A stretch of 64,000 nt of DNA from NCBI GenBank assembly GCA_021776565.1, contig JAJFFQ010000065.1, forward strand, positions 3,358 through 67,357, read 5' to 3'. The translations under genes and the position numbers were made by a program. Shown in pieces: positions 50,283 through 60,490 of this stretch. The stretch is from Robiginitomaculum sp. (GTDB lineage Bacteria; Pseudomonadota; Alphaproteobacteria; Caulobacterales; Maricaulaceae). The notes beneath the pieces were generated by a model. It searched no databases. It saw only the letters and a program-made list of their open reading frames with translations, and was not told the origin of the DNA. Numbering within the stretch: position 1 is the stretch's first letter; every line of letters starts with the position of its first letter.

Positions 50283-51355
50283 GATGGAATACACACATCA
50301 GCATTGGTGAGCGCATTATCGGGCTGGATCAGCCGACATATTTTATTGCCGATATTGCCTCCTCTCATGATGGTGAACTGGCACGCGCCGTAGAGCTTAT
50401 CCACCTGGCCGCCAAAGCCGGTGCCGATTGCGCCAAATTCCAGCACTTTTTGGCCAGGGATATTGTCTCTGATGAAGGTTTTAAGGCGCTGGGCAGTCAA
50501 AGCACTCATCAGGCAGGATGGAAACAGACGGTTTATGAAGTATTTGAGAAATACCAGACCCCGCGTGACTGGACGGATACACTGGTCAAGGCCTGCAAGG
50601 AGGCCGGCATTGATTATATGACCACGCCCTATGACACCGCTGCTCTTGATCTTATGGATCCATTCGTTCACGCCTATAAAATTGGCTCTGGCGATCTGAG
50701 CTGGCCACAGTTCATCAGTGCCGTGGCGGCGCGTCAAAAGCCGGTGTTTCTGGCAACCGGGGCCAGCACTATGGAGGATGTGCAGCGCGCCGTGGATGCC
50801 GTGCTTTGCCAAACACCGCAATTATGCCTGATGCAGTGCAATACCAATTATACCGGCGCCCTGGAAAATTTTGCCAATATCAATTTGAATGTATTGCGCA
50901 GTTTTGCCGTGAAATACCCGGGTCTGGTGCTGGGTCTGTCAGATCATACACCCGGCCATGCGACGGTTTTGGGCGCTATCACATTGGGCGCCCGGGCAGT
51001 AGAAAAACATTTTACCGACGACAATAGCCGCGATGGGCCAGATCATGGGTTTTCCATGAACCCGCAAAGCTGGCGCGAGATGGTTGATCGATCCCGCGAG
51101 CTGGAACTGGCCCTTGGCGATGGGGTAAAATGCGTGGAATTGAATGAAACGGACGCCAGTATAGTACAGCGCCGCTGCTTGCGCGCTCGTGATGATTTAT
51201 CGGCAGGAACTATAATTACGGCAGAAAGCCTTGAAGCACTGCGCCCGTGCCCGGAAGGGGCGGTGGAGCCTTGGGAAGAAGGTATGGTTGTGGGCTTGCC
51301 GCTTAATGAGGCGCTTAAAACAGGCGCGGCGCTAACCTGGGATATATTGGGATGA
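50279..51355 (+). CDS. N-acylneuraminate/pseudaminate/legionaminate synthase (NeuB/PseI family)
   Basis: PTYFIADIASSHDGELARAVELIHLAAKAGADCAKFQHF, SDHTPG and a C-terminal SAF domain. ATG 50279 overlaps the upstream stop as ATGA. Confidence 0.85.
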   Translation: MRWNTHISIGERIIGLDQPTYFIADIASSHDGELARAVELIHLAAKAGADCAKFQHFLARDIVSDEGFKALGSQSTHQAGWKQTVYEVFEKYQTPRDWTDTLVKACKEAGIDYMTTPYDTAALDLMDPFVHAYKIGSGDLSWPQFISAVAARQKPVFLATGASTMEDVQRAVDAVLCQTPQLCLMQCNTNYTGALENFANINLNVLRSFAVKYPGLVLGLSDHTPGHATVLGAITLGARAVEKHFTDDNSRDGPDHGFSMNPQSWREMVDRSRELELALGDGVKCVELNETDASIVQRRCLRARDDLSAGTIITAESLEALRPCPEGAVEPWEEGMVVGLPLNEALKTGAALTWDILG

Positions 51356-51897
51356 ATATGCCCGAACTTACCGGTGAACATGTGAAGCTTCGGGCCATAA
51401 TCCCCGATGATCTTGAGCCATTACGGCTATGGCGTAATCGCCCGGACTATCGCCGGTTTTTTCGCGAATATCGTGACATTACGCCGGCCATGCAACAAGG
51501 CTGGTATGACCATGTGGTGCTGCTGGATGACCGTGTCCATATGTTTGCCATTACGACGCGCAAAGGCGGTCGTCTGTTGGGTGCGTGCGGGCTTTGTTAT
51601 CTGGATCAACGAAACTCAAGTGCTGATTTTTCCATCTATATCGGTGCTGATAACCTCTATATTGACGAAAAATACGCACCGGAAACCGGCAAACTGCTTT
51701 TGCATTATGGCTTTGAAACCCTGAAACTGCACCGCATGTGGGCAGAAATTTATGCGATCGATGAGGCGAAGAAAATGTTGCTGCCTGCGCTTGGGTTTTC
51801 ACTGGATGGTCGTCATCGTGAGGCTTATAAAATGGAAAATGATGTTTATGTTGATTGCCTTTTTTATGGCCTATTGAAACGGGATTATAAGAAGTAA
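51352..51897 (+). CDS. GNAT acetyltransferase (PseH-like candidate)
   Basis: Acetyltransf_3-like (LRAIIPDDLEPLRLWRN...GYGFETLKLHRMWAEI). The start overlaps the neuB stop as ATGA. Confidence 0.75.
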   Translation: MNMPELTGEHVKLRAIIPDDLEPLRLWRNRPDYRRFFREYRDITPAMQQGWYDHVVLLDDRVHMFAITTRKGGRLLGACGLCYLDQRNSSADFSIYIGADNLYIDEKYAPETGKLLLHYGFETLKLHRMWAEIYAIDEAKKMLLPALGFSLDGRHREAYKMENDVYVDCLFYGLLKRDYKK

Positions 51898-51983
51898 AAT
51901 AGGACAACTGTGCTAATTGCAAAATTACCCAATGCTGGAATACTGCTGCGCAGGGACATAAAAACTAGTAATGGAGACCAACG

Positions 51984-52355
51984 ATGAGAAAATTATCTCT
52001 GGCATTGAGTGCGGGGGCGGCAATAGCCTTGGCGATAGTAATTACGCCTGGTACGGCATCGGCGAGTTATATGAGCGAGTGCAACACGCTGATCGAAAAA
52101 TGGGAGACCTGTAAGGAAACCCAGGAAGATTGCACAACACAAACAAAAGCTATCGTAGAGCAATGCAAATGCCATCGTCTGCGACAGGGTGAATGGAAAT
52201 TGGTTATGGCAGCGGTCGGCAAGGATGGTGTTTGTGCGCCTGAATGGCCGCCGACTGATGTCCCCGATCCTTCGCCACCGCCTCATCCTGACAGAACCGA
52301 TAATGCAGATGAACAGAAGGGCAATAAGGACGGTGAGCAGCGCGGAGATCATTAA
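51984..52355 (+). CDS. secreted Cys-rich hypothetical protein
   Basis: Signal peptide (MRKLSLALSAGAAIALAIVITPGTASA), 7 Cys residues and a Pro/Asp-rich tail. I recognise no family. Confidence 0.4.
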   Translation: MRKLSLALSAGAAIALAIVITPGTASASYMSECNTLIEKWETCKETQEDCTTQTKAIVEQCKCHRLRQGEWKLVMAAVGKDGVCAPEWPPTDVPDPSPPPHPDRTDNADEQKGNKDGEQRGDH

Positions 52356-52611
52356 ATAGAACGACTGGCTTGATTTTGTGTCAGCTATCTTAACGCCGGG
52401 GCCATGGCCTCGGCGTTTTTTGTGGGTCAGGTGCTCATACAGACATCACAAGACCCTCATCAGCCTCATCCTGAGCTTGTCGAAGAAGAGGTGCGAAGGC
52501 CCATTTTTGGGCCAAACACTAGAGCATGGCTTCTTGGCACCAGCCCGGCAAAGTCAAAATTGATAGTCGAAAACCAGCCGACTGTAATTAAGGCTTGCAT
52601 TATTATTGTCC

Positions 52612-52643
52612 CATATGTACCCCTAGATCAAAGGGTACATATG
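52612..52643. promoter_or_regulatory. 11-bp-arm perfect palindrome upstream of the GntR gene (candidate operator)
   Basis: CATATGTACCC-N10-GGGTACATATG contains GT..AC half-sites typical of GntR operators. It ends 14 nt before ATG 52657. Confidence 0.4.
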
Positions 52644-52656
52644 AGGTGACATATTT

Positions 52657-53046
52657 ATGCAAATTACTATTGATACTGAAGATCATATTCCATTGTTTGC
52701 CCAATTGGTTTCCCAGGTCAAAAAAGCGGTTCTGGATGGCAAACTGTCTTCTGGTGATGCCTTGCCTTCAATACGGCAATTGGCAAATGATCTGGACTTA
52801 AATAATAAAACGGTGGCCAAGGCTTATTCATTGCTTGAGCGCGATGAGGTGGTGCAAACCAAAGGTTATCGCGGCACATATATTCATCCAGAAGCCAAGG
52901 TGAACAGTGCCATTGATCTTAATGAATGGGCGCTGGCTAAACTCAGCGACGTCACCAGAGCATTAAGAGAGGCGGGCGTTACCGATTCCGAAATCCGGAT
53001 TGCCTTCACCAAAACCATGACCAATCACACTCATAGGGAAAATTGA
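52657..53046 (+). CDS. GntR-family transcriptional regulator (short YtrA-like subfamily)
   Basis: LPSIRQLANDLDLNNKTVAKAYSLLERDEVVQTKGYRGTYI is a GntR wHTH, and the protein is only 129 aa. Confidence 0.85.
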   Translation: MQITIDTEDHIPLFAQLVSQVKKAVLDGKLSSGDALPSIRQLANDLDLNNKTVAKAYSLLERDEVVQTKGYRGTYIHPEAKVNSAIDLNEWALAKLSDVTRALREAGVTDSEIRIAFTKTMTNHTHREN

Positions 53047-53047
53047 T

Positions 53048-53935
53048 ATGTTGATCGAACTTTTATTTTATGCAGTATTTCTGGGGCAGATTTTTCTGGT
53101 TTCAGTTTACTACCCAAGGAAAATCATTAACCGCAATAGATATGTATTGCAGAAATATCCTGCATCTGAATATCCCAAACTTTACCTGAATTCCTATTAT
53201 GCCGACCCGGTCAAGGTCATCAAAAAGGGCTTGCGCCTCTATGCCGTTCTGAACGGCATAATTGCCATTTTTGGTTTGGGCATTCTGGCAGCGATGGCAA
53301 TGAGCGGGTATTTACCAAGCACGATCAAGGAAAGTGAAGATCTTATCTTTGTTTTGTTTTTCTTTGCATTGCAAATGATTCCTCATATCTTGATGGAACT
53401 TTCGTCATGGCGCTGGTACAAACTCATGCGCGAAGCGCAGACCAGCACCACCCGTACCGCCGATCTCAAACCGCGTCGGTTGTTTGATTTTATTTCTCCC
53501 TTCTTTGTTGCTCTGGCCCTCTCTCTCTACATGGCATGGGTGGTGGTTTATATTCATGCGCACAAGGATGTCTCGCCCTGGGTCTGGAACCAATACGTGT
53601 CGCTGATTGGTATTACCGCAATCAACCTGTTGTTTGCGTTCACCATTTTTGTGTTTATCAAGGGGAAGAAAACTGATCCGTATCAAGCAAAACAAGATCA
53701 ATTAAAACATATCGGCGCTGTGGTAAAAATTCATGTCTTTAGCAGTATTGGTATGAGCCTTTTTCTCATCATCATGGAGTTGGTCAACGTGTATCGGCTG
53801 GATATGTTTGAGCCGGTTTTCATGGGTGCGTACTTGCAATTGATGACGGTTTTTGGGCTGGGAACCATGTTGCGCAGCGTGAACATCAAAGACATTGATT
53901 TTAGCGTTTACAGGGAAGACGTCTCGCCCGCCTGA
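53048..53935 (+). CDS. polytopic membrane protein, function unknown
   Basis: About 6-7 hydrophobic segments. It starts 1 nt after the GntR stop and has AT-rich codon usage. Confidence 0.6.
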   Translation: MLIELLFYAVFLGQIFLVSVYYPRKIINRNRYVLQKYPASEYPKLYLNSYYADPVKVIKKGLRLYAVLNGIIAIFGLGILAAMAMSGYLPSTIKESEDLIFVLFFFALQMIPHILMELSSWRWYKLMREAQTSTTRTADLKPRRLFDFISPFFVALALSLYMAWVVVYIHAHKDVSPWVWNQYVSLIGITAINLLFAFTIFVFIKGKKTDPYQAKQDQLKHIGAVVKIHVFSSIGMSLFLIIMELVNVYRLDMFEPVFMGAYLQLMTVFGLGTMLRSVNIKDIDFSVYREDVSPA

Positions 53936-53937
53936 AT

Positions 53938-56097
53938 TTATGGCTCATTTCTTCGCCGGGTCAGTAAATCAATCAGTGACAAGGCGGCTTTGGCGGCGAC
54001 GCTGCCGGGCAGGAACACCTCGGCAGCCCCCATGGTTTTCAGCCTGGCCACGTCATCAGGAGGGATCACCCCGCCAACAATGATTTTGATGTCATGGCGC
54101 TTTGCCTCATCCAGTGCCGCCTTTAGCTGTGGCACAAAGGTAAGGTGTCCGGCGGCCAGGGATGACGCGGCGATAATATCGACATTTTTGGCAATACCCA
54201 GCGCGGCGGCCTCTTGTGAGGTTTGAAATAATGGCCCGATGACAACATCCCAGCCAAGATCACTGAAGGCGCTGGCGATTACTTTCTGACCCCGGTCATG
54301 GCCGTCCTGACCCAGCTTGGCAATGAGAATACGAGGCTCGCGACCATAAGTTTTAGCGTAGGCTTGGGCCGCATCTTTGGCCCGCGCCATCAATGGGTCA
54401 TTGCCGCCTTCGCGCAAATATACGCCTTTTACGGCTTTGGGTTCAGTTTGGTGGCGACCATAGATGCTCTCCAGTGCGCTGGAAATTTCACCAACACTGG
54501 CCATGGTGCTGGCTGCGTCTATGGCCAGTGCCAACAAATTGCCCGAACCATCCCGTGCAGCACGGGTCAGGGCATCCAGTGCAGCCTGCGTCTTTGTCTC
54601 ATCCCGTTGCTGGCGCAATTGTTTCAGCCTGGCAATCTGGTTGGCTCGCACTTTGGCATTATCAACACGAAGCACCGGAACATCTTCCTGTTCGCCCATT
54701 GGCAGGGTGAATTTATTGACCCCGGTTATGGTTTGCGTGCTACTGTCTATGCGGGCCTGGGTGCGGGTTGCGGCTTGTTCAATGCGCAGTTTTGGTATGC
54801 CGTCTTCTATGGCTTTTGCCATGCCGCCAAGGGCTTCGACTTCATCAATATGTTCCATGGCCCGCCTTGCCAGATCAGCAGTCAGGCGTTCAACATAGTA
54901 TGAGCCACCCCACGGATCGATGGTGCGGGTGACGCCGGTTTCCTCAGCTAAAAATAATTGCGTGTTGCGGGCAATGCGCGCCGAAAAATCTGATGGTAAA
55001 GCCAAAGCTTCGTCCAGAGCATTGGTATGCAGTGACTGGGTACCGCCATCAACGGCGGCCATGGCCTCAAAACAGGTGCGAGCGATGTTGTTATAGGGGT
55101 CTTGCGCGGTCAAAGACCAGCCAGAGGTCTGACAATGGGTGCGCAGGCACAGGGATTTTGGGTTTTTTGGGGCAAAATTATCCTGCATCAATTGCGCCCA
55201 GAGCAATCGCCCGGCGCGCAGTTTGGCAATTTCCATAAAGCTGTTCATGCCTATGGCCCAAAAAAATGACAGGCGCGGCGCGAATGTGTCCACATCCATA
55301 CCGGCGCGGACACCGGCGCGAACATATTCAATGCCATCGGCCAGGGTGTAGGCCAGTTCCAGATCGGCGCTGGCCCCGGCTTCGTGCATATGATAGCCGG
55401 AAATGGAGATGGGGTTGAATTTGGGCATGTGTTCGGCGGCGTAGACGAAAATGTCTGCGACAATGCGCATGCTGGGTTTGGGCGGGTAAATATAGGTGTT
55501 GCGCACCATGAACTCTTTCAGAACGTCGTTCTGTATGGTGCCGTTAAGGGCATTGTCTGCTACGCCTTGTTCACGTGCCGAGGCGATATAGAGCGCCATA
55601 ATGGGGAGCACCGCACCGTTCATGGTCATGGAAACCGACATTTGATTGAGGGGGATGCCGTCAAACAGGATGCGCATATCCAGAATGCTGTCTATGGCCA
55701 CACCGGCCATGCCTACATCACCAGCGACACGCGGATCGTCTGAATCATAACCCCTGTGGGTGGGCAGGTCGAAAGCGATGGACAATCCTTTTTGCCCTGC
55801 CGCCAAATTGCGCCGGTAGAAGGCGTTGGAATCCTCTGCCGTTGAAAATCCGGCATATTGGCGCACCGTCCAGGGACGCTGAACATACATGGTCGGGTAG
55901 GGGCCGCGCACGAAAGGGGCAATGCCGGGAAGGCTTTGGGTGAAATCCAGAGTTTCAATATCTTTTGGCCCATAGAGGGGTTTGCGCATTATGCCTTCGG
56001 GGGTCTTGTAATTGTCATGAGCTTTCGGCGCACCGGGTGCGGCGCTGGCATCCAGATCCAGTTTGGTAAAATCAGGGAAGTTGATGGAATTGCTCAT
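53938..56097 (-). CDS. methylmalonyl-CoA mutase large (alpha) subunit
   Basis: 719 aa: [28 protein letters not shown] and a C-terminal B12-binding domain (GQDGHDRG). Confidence 0.95.
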   Translation of the reverse strand: MSNSINFPDFTKLDLDASAAPGAPKAHDNYKTPEGIMRKPLYGPKDIETLDFTQSLPGIAPFVRGPYPTMYVQRPWTVRQYAGFSTAEDSNAFYRRNLAAGQKGLSIAFDLPTHRGYDSDDPRVAGDVGMAGVAIDSILDMRILFDGIPLNQMSVSMTMNGAVLPIMALYIASAREQGVADNALNGTIQNDVLKEFMVRNTYIYPPKPSMRIVADIFVYAAEHMPKFNPISISGYHMHEAGASADLELAYTLADGIEYVRAGVRAGMDVDTFAPRLSFFWAIGMNSFMEIAKLRAGRLLWAQLMQDNFAPKNPKSLCLRTHCQTSGWSLTAQDPYNNIARTCFEAMAAVDGGTQSLHTNALDEALALPSDFSARIARNTQLFLAEETGVTRTIDPWGGSYYVERLTADLARRAMEHIDEVEALGGMAKAIEDGIPKLRIEQAATRTQARIDSSTQTITGVNKFTLPMGEQEDVPVLRVDNAKVRANQIARLKQLRQQRDETKTQAALDALTRAARDGSGNLLALAIDAASTMASVGEISSALESIYGRHQTEPKAVKGVYLREGGNDPLMARAKDAAQAYAKTYGREPRILIAKLGQDGHDRGQKVIASAFSDLGWDVVIGPLFQTSQEAAALGIAKNVDIIAASSLAAGHLTFVPQLKAALDEAKRHDIKIIVGGVIPPDDVARLKTMGAAEVFLPGSVAAKAALSLIDLLTRRRNEP

Positions 56098-57677
56098 TTG
56101 GAATCCCCTTCACGCAAATCCTCAAAAGGCGCACAAAAATTGGTGGGGGCAAAGGCGGGATTGGGATTGGAATTGCCGGGTTTTGGCGGGGCGAGCCTTG
56201 CCCCGGCTTTGGCGGCGGCAAGAAAGCTCTCAACGGAAAATTCTGTCGGGAAAGGTGACACATCCGGCGTAGGAATACGTGCCTCTTGCTGGGCAGGTTC
56301 GGGCAGGTTTTCGCCTTTCTGCATATATTTGGTGACGCCAACGATGGTTTGCTTGCCGGTTTTTATGGCATCCAGGCGCGCCTTGCGTTGTGCGCTTAAT
56401 GCCTCGCCCAGCCAGCCCGAACTTGCCGCCTTGACAAGCCCGCCCCGGTGTTCGATCTGCTGAAACATGTCCCATGCGGCATGGGCCAGATCATCGGTCA
56501 GTTTTTCAATAGCATAAGAACCGCCCGCTGGATCCATTACCGCGCCGGCATGGACTTCCTCTTGCAGGATAATCTGCACATTGCGGGCCAGGCGACGGGC
56601 CTTGTGGTCATGGGTGCCAAGGGCAAGATCGTATGGCTCAACGCTGATATATTGTGCGCCGCCGGCGACGGCAGCAAAGGCGGCAGTGCTGGTGCGTAAA
56701 ATATTGGTATAAGGTGCTCGGCGGCTCATCATTCGCCTGGATGTACCCACATGGATACGCATGGCACAAGCATCACCATCGGCGCCGCAGGCGCTCGTAA
56801 TGCGCGCCCACACACGCCTTGCTGCCCGTAATTTGGCGATGCCAAGCGGCACATCGGCGTCCAGTGATAGTGAGAAATCAATGGCATTTGCGGCCTCATT
56901 GGCGCTCATGCCAGACTGCCGAAAGACCTTGAAATAGCTAAAGCCCCCGGCGGCAGCAAAGGCCAGTTCCAGAGCTTCGGAACCGCCGGCTTCGTGAATT
57001 AGCGACGAGGTGATAATCGCTGTGGCAATGCCCGGGGCATTATCGGCGGCCCAGCGGGCAAAACTGGCGGTGCGTTGCAGTTTTCCCGGTAAAAGTGCAA
57101 AATCCATGCCGTGACGAATGGTTTGCCCAACCGGCGAAAAGCCAAGGCCACCGCAAACTTGCGTCAAATCTCTGGTCAAGTCCTGCCAACAGCACACCAT
57201 CATCGCGGCATAGGCGGCGTTTAGCGGTCTTGCCTGTAATAATACCGGCACAATGGATAGATCAACGCCAGCCAGCACGCGTTTCAAATCATCCAGGCGG
57301 TGTACTGCAATGCCCTTTGTTCCGGCGGGATCCAAATAAAGGAGCAGCGCGCTGGTGCCGCCGGCCAGATCATCCAGTATGGCCATATTGGCCGCCGCCG
57401 GATCAGCCATGGTATAGCTTTGGGTGATATGCCAGGGCCGGTTGGTGTCCGGTTTCGGGTTTATCCCCCGGACAAATGGGTATTCACCAGGATTACCGGC
57501 ACCCTTTGGATCATCGGCTTGAGTGCGTAAGGGGCCACGGGCGATACCGCTTGCGGTACGGCGCACAAGGGTGTCCTCAAAGTCTGCACCATTAAGGGCT
57601 GTGTCTGCCAAAGTTCGCCAGTCAGCAAGCTTTGGCCTGGCAAAACTTGCCGCCAGATTCGGGGTGTCCTCGCTCAT
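56094..57677 (-). CDS. methylmalonyl-CoA mutase small (beta) subunit
   Basis: The stop overlaps the alpha-subunit start as ATGA. The family N-terminus [24 protein letters not shown] comes from ATG 57677; the track start at 57788 is probably over-extended. Confidence 0.85.
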   Translation of the reverse strand: MSEDTPNLAASFARPKLADWRTLADTALNGADFEDTLVRRTASGIARGPLRTQADDPKGAGNPGEYPFVRGINPKPDTNRPWHITQSYTMADPAAANMAILDDLAGGTSALLLYLDPAGTKGIAVHRLDDLKRVLAGVDLSIVPVLLQARPLNAAYAAMMVCCWQDLTRDLTQVCGGLGFSPVGQTIRHGMDFALLPGKLQRTASFARWAADNAPGIATAIITSSLIHEAGGSEALELAFAAAGGFSYFKVFRQSGMSANEAANAIDFSLSLDADVPLGIAKLRAARRVWARITSACGADGDACAMRIHVGTSRRMMSRRAPYTNILRTSTAAFAAVAGGAQYISVEPYDLALGTHDHKARRLARNVQIILQEEVHAGAVMDPAGGSYAIEKLTDDLAHAAWDMFQQIEHRGGLVKAASSGWLGEALSAQRKARLDAIKTGKQTIVGVTKYMQKGENLPEPAQQEARIPTPDVSPFPTEFSVESFLAAAKAGARLAPPKPGNSNPNPAFAPTNFCAPFEDLREGDSK

Positions 57678-57786
57678 GGGCGCAAAGAAAACCAGCCTCG
57701 CCGCGACGTCAAGTCGTAAGGTCATAGCCAACTTGTCCGACGCCATGACCAGCGCCCTAATATGACCTTTTGAAAAGGCGTAACAC

Positions 57787-58233
57787 ATGGGCAGTTTATC
57801 AGAACCTGTTGCTGCGGGTGGATTTCAACTTTCGGCGCGATCAAAAGAACGCCTGGCCGGTGTGCATATGGATCTGGCCCGGATTGTGCGCCGCGCACTG
57901 GCTTTCAGTCCGGTGGATTTCACCGTCCTTGAAGGTCGGCGCACGGACGAGCGTCAGCAATTGCTTTACCAGAGCGGCGCAACGCGCACGTTAAACTCGC
58001 GCCATCTTAGCGGCCATGCGGTGGATTTGGGCGCTTGGATTGGTGGTGCTGTGCGCTGGGATTGGCCGTTATACGAAAAAATTGCCCATGCCATGCAAAT
58101 GGCGGCGGCAGAACAGGATGTATCTATTGAATGGGGCGGGGATTGGCGAAGTTTTCGCGACGGGCCGCATTTTCAACTGCCCTGGAAGGATTATCCTGTC
58201 TCCCGGCAGGCTCAGGATAAGGAGACCATATAA
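57787..58233 (+). CDS. M15-family zinc peptidase (phage-type endolysin, no signal peptide)
   Basis: SRHLSGHAVDL (HxxxxxxD) and DGPHFQL are zinc-ligand motifs of M15 / VanY-like cell-wall peptidases. Confidence 0.8.
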   Translation: MGSLSEPVAAGGFQLSARSKERLAGVHMDLARIVRRALAFSPVDFTVLEGRRTDERQQLLYQSGATRTLNSRHLSGHAVDLGAWIGGAVRWDWPLYEKIAHAMQMAAAEQDVSIEWGGDWRSFRDGPHFQLPWKDYPVSRQAQDKETI

Positions 58234-58628
58234 TGGGTCTTTTGAGCACCATTATTGGCCCGATTGCAGGGATTATCGACAAAGCCGTGCCGGATGCCGA
58301 TTTGCGTCGCCAGCTTAAACAAGAGATCAAGGCCAAGCTGATCGATCAGGAAACCGTGCTGACCCAGGCGGCGCGCGATGTACTGGTGGCCGAGGCACAA
58401 GGGACAAGCTGGATGCAGCGCAACTGGCGACCCCTGACCATGCTGACCTTTACCGCGATCATTGCCAATAATTATCTGATCGCGCCCTATGTTCAGGCCT
58501 TTGGCGGCATTGCTGTGGTGCTCGATATTCCTGATGGCATGTGGAATTTACTGACCATGGGTCTTGGCGGCTATGTCATTGGCCGCACGCTGGAAAAAAC
58601 CGGTAGCCGGTTCCGGGTTGGGGGTTGA
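58233..58628 (+). CDS. 3-TM holin (GTA-type holin family)
   Basis: TAATG overlap with the peptidase gene. The motif AEAQGTSWMQRNWRPLTMLTF is followed by TM segments, resembling the 'holin of 3TMs for gene-transfer release' family. Confidence 0.7.
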   Translation: MGLLSTIIGPIAGIIDKAVPDADLRRQLKQEIKAKLIDQETVLTQAARDVLVAEAQGTSWMQRNWRPLTMLTFTAIIANNYLIAPYVQAFGGIAVVLDIPDGMWNLLTMGLGGYVIGRTLEKTGSRFRVGG

Positions 58629-58638
58629 CGCGCCCCTC

Positions 58639-60216
58639 CTACAAATATGTTCCGGGGCAATCGGGATCATCATGATAGAGACAAGCATTGGCCAGGCTTT
58701 CATCACAATACGCGCACAAGGCCTTGGGGTGTGGCTGGGTGATGGTGTCATTTTCTATACGAAAACCCTGAGCACGGAATTTTTTCAAAGTTCGGGAAAA
58801 TGTTTCCGGCGTCATGTCCAGATATGATGCGATCAGGGATTTGTCATAGGGTAGGCGAATGGAGGTTGTATTTTCGCTGCCTTCCTCAATACCCAGTTTC
58901 AACAGATACCAGCCAACACGTTCAGCGGCATTTCTAAGCCGTGAGTGTTCGATCTGCTGGATCAGGTTTTGCGAACGCATGGAAAGATTGCCGATCATGT
59001 TTAGTGCGAAAGCGTTATTGTCCTGCAATACCTGGCGCACCACCGGGGCGGGCAGGGATAAAAGAACAGTTTTCTCGACCACCTGGGCGCTGGCTGCTGA
59101 TGGGATATTCAACAAAATCGCCGCTTCCATAATGCTGTCACCGGCAGAGAGCATTTGCAGCACTGCTTCATCGCCTGCGCCTGAACCCTTGAACAGCTTC
59201 ACCCACCCTGAGAGGATCAAGTAGAAGCGTGACAATGGTTCCGATTGCAAAAACAGCAATTTGCCTTTTTCATAGTCTTGCACATTGGCGTGCGCGAGCA
59301 AGGAACCCAGTTCTTTCTCTTCCAGTTTTGAAAACGCCGGTAGCGCCCGAATCAGCGGCATGTGCCGCTCCAGAGCGTTGGAAACGGCTATGGGACTAGT
59401 GGTATGTGCTGTTAGGTCAGAAGCGCCGGTTAAATGGCTGGCAAGTTCAATCTCGACAAGTTTCAGGCGCTCCACTTTTCCACTCAGCAATTCAAACCAG
59501 GTGACCGGAGAGATATTTTCCAGTTCTTTGGTGTTATCTTCACTGGCCAGCATGGTATGAATGTCTTCGACGAATTGCATGACATAACCGGATGTAACTT
59601 TTTCAACCAACTGGCGCTGTGATGGTGATGCCAGTGATAAAAACGACCGTTTATAGGCACCTTGCTCATCAATCAAAGTGAGCATGCGTTCGGTAAACTC
59701 GCGGTTTTTGAACACCTGATTGCAAAACCCGTGTATGCCCCATGCCCGCTCCCGGCCCACGCGTTCTTTCCATTGCAACAAGTTGGCATACGCTGTTGCA
59801 CGGGTTGGTTCTTTGCTGGCGATGTGCAGGGCAATTTCAATCTGGACATCGAGAATCGGGCTTAACGCGGAATAAGTATAGTAATTGGTCGATCTGGCGA
59901 AAGAGATTTCAAAGCGATCCACTTGTCCTCGTTGTTTTTGCAAATTTTGCGTAACATCAAGAATATCCTGCACCTTTTGCAGGGTTGCCGTCCCGATGCC
60001 GGTAGCCAGGGCCGGGTTTTTGCTGACATTGTTTAAGGCGCTGGCCGCACGGTTGGTGGCTTTGCGGTGCTGAGACAACTGGTCAGGATAAATCTCGCCA
60101 TCACTATCAATAAACAAGGCGGTGCAGCCGCGCTCCAATTGCAGATGATGGGCCAGCTCGCCCAGCGCCAATAACGCTGAAACGGTTACCGGTTCGAGTG
60201 TGACTTTGCTGTCCAT
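58639..60216 (-). CDS. fusion regulator: NIT (nitrate/nitrite-sensing) domain + cNMP-binding-type domain + Crp/Fnr HTH + C-terminal 4-Cys tail
   Basis: NIT signature blocks ELAHHLQLERGCTALFIDSDG and LLQWKERVGRERAWGIHGF. Effector barrel LFLQSEPLSRFYLILSGWVKLF. HTH SLIASYLDMTPETFSRTLKKFRAQG. Tail CAYC-x7-C-x7-C. ATG 60216; the track start is TTG. Confidence 0.8.
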   Translation of the reverse strand: MDSKVTLEPVTVSALLALGELAHHLQLERGCTALFIDSDGEIYPDQLSQHRKATNRAASALNNVSKNPALATGIGTATLQKVQDILDVTQNLQKQRGQVDRFEISFARSTNYYTYSALSPILDVQIEIALHIASKEPTRATAYANLLQWKERVGRERAWGIHGFCNQVFKNREFTERMLTLIDEQGAYKRSFLSLASPSQRQLVEKVTSGYVMQFVEDIHTMLASEDNTKELENISPVTWFELLSGKVERLKLVEIELASHLTGASDLTAHTTSPIAVSNALERHMPLIRALPAFSKLEEKELGSLLAHANVQDYEKGKLLFLQSEPLSRFYLILSGWVKLFKGSGAGDEAVLQMLSAGDSIMEAAILLNIPSAASAQVVEKTVLLSLPAPVVRQVLQDNNAFALNMIGNLSMRSQNLIQQIEHSRLRNAAERVGWYLLKLGIEEGSENTTSIRLPYDKSLIASYLDMTPETFSRTLKKFRAQGFRIENDTITQPHPKALCAYCDESLANACLYHDDPDCPGTYL

Positions 60217-60404
60217 AGTGCCCGCTCGTCTTCCCAAAACCAGACAGAGTTCAGAATATAGTCGAATTGCCTCAAATGCTTCGGCCTACTCCAATGGCAC
60301 ACTCTCATAGACCGGCATGGTATGCCAAGACAATGTCTGTCATTTCTGTCTTGAAAGAGAAGGAGTGAGACAAATTGACCCGGTTCAGTTTACCAACTCA
60401 AAAC

Positions 60405-60418
60405 TTGATGTAGGTCAA
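60405..60418. promoter_or_regulatory. Fnr/Dnr/Crp-type box upstream of narK(1)
   Basis: TTGATgtagGTCAA (consensus TTGAT-N4-ATCAA), 73 nt upstream of ATG 60491 in the divergent intergenic region. Confidence 0.5.
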
Positions 60419-60490
60419 TCCCGCCTTCACCAATACTGCGTAGAGACGCTGTGATTTGAAAAGTCGTTTTGGTTTTTGGAGGGCAGAACA

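Noticed and set aside
60371-60390. A second possible Fnr-like site, TTGACccggTTCAG, near the narK(1) box
   Set aside because: The right half-site does not match ATCAA/GTCAA, so this is likely chance.
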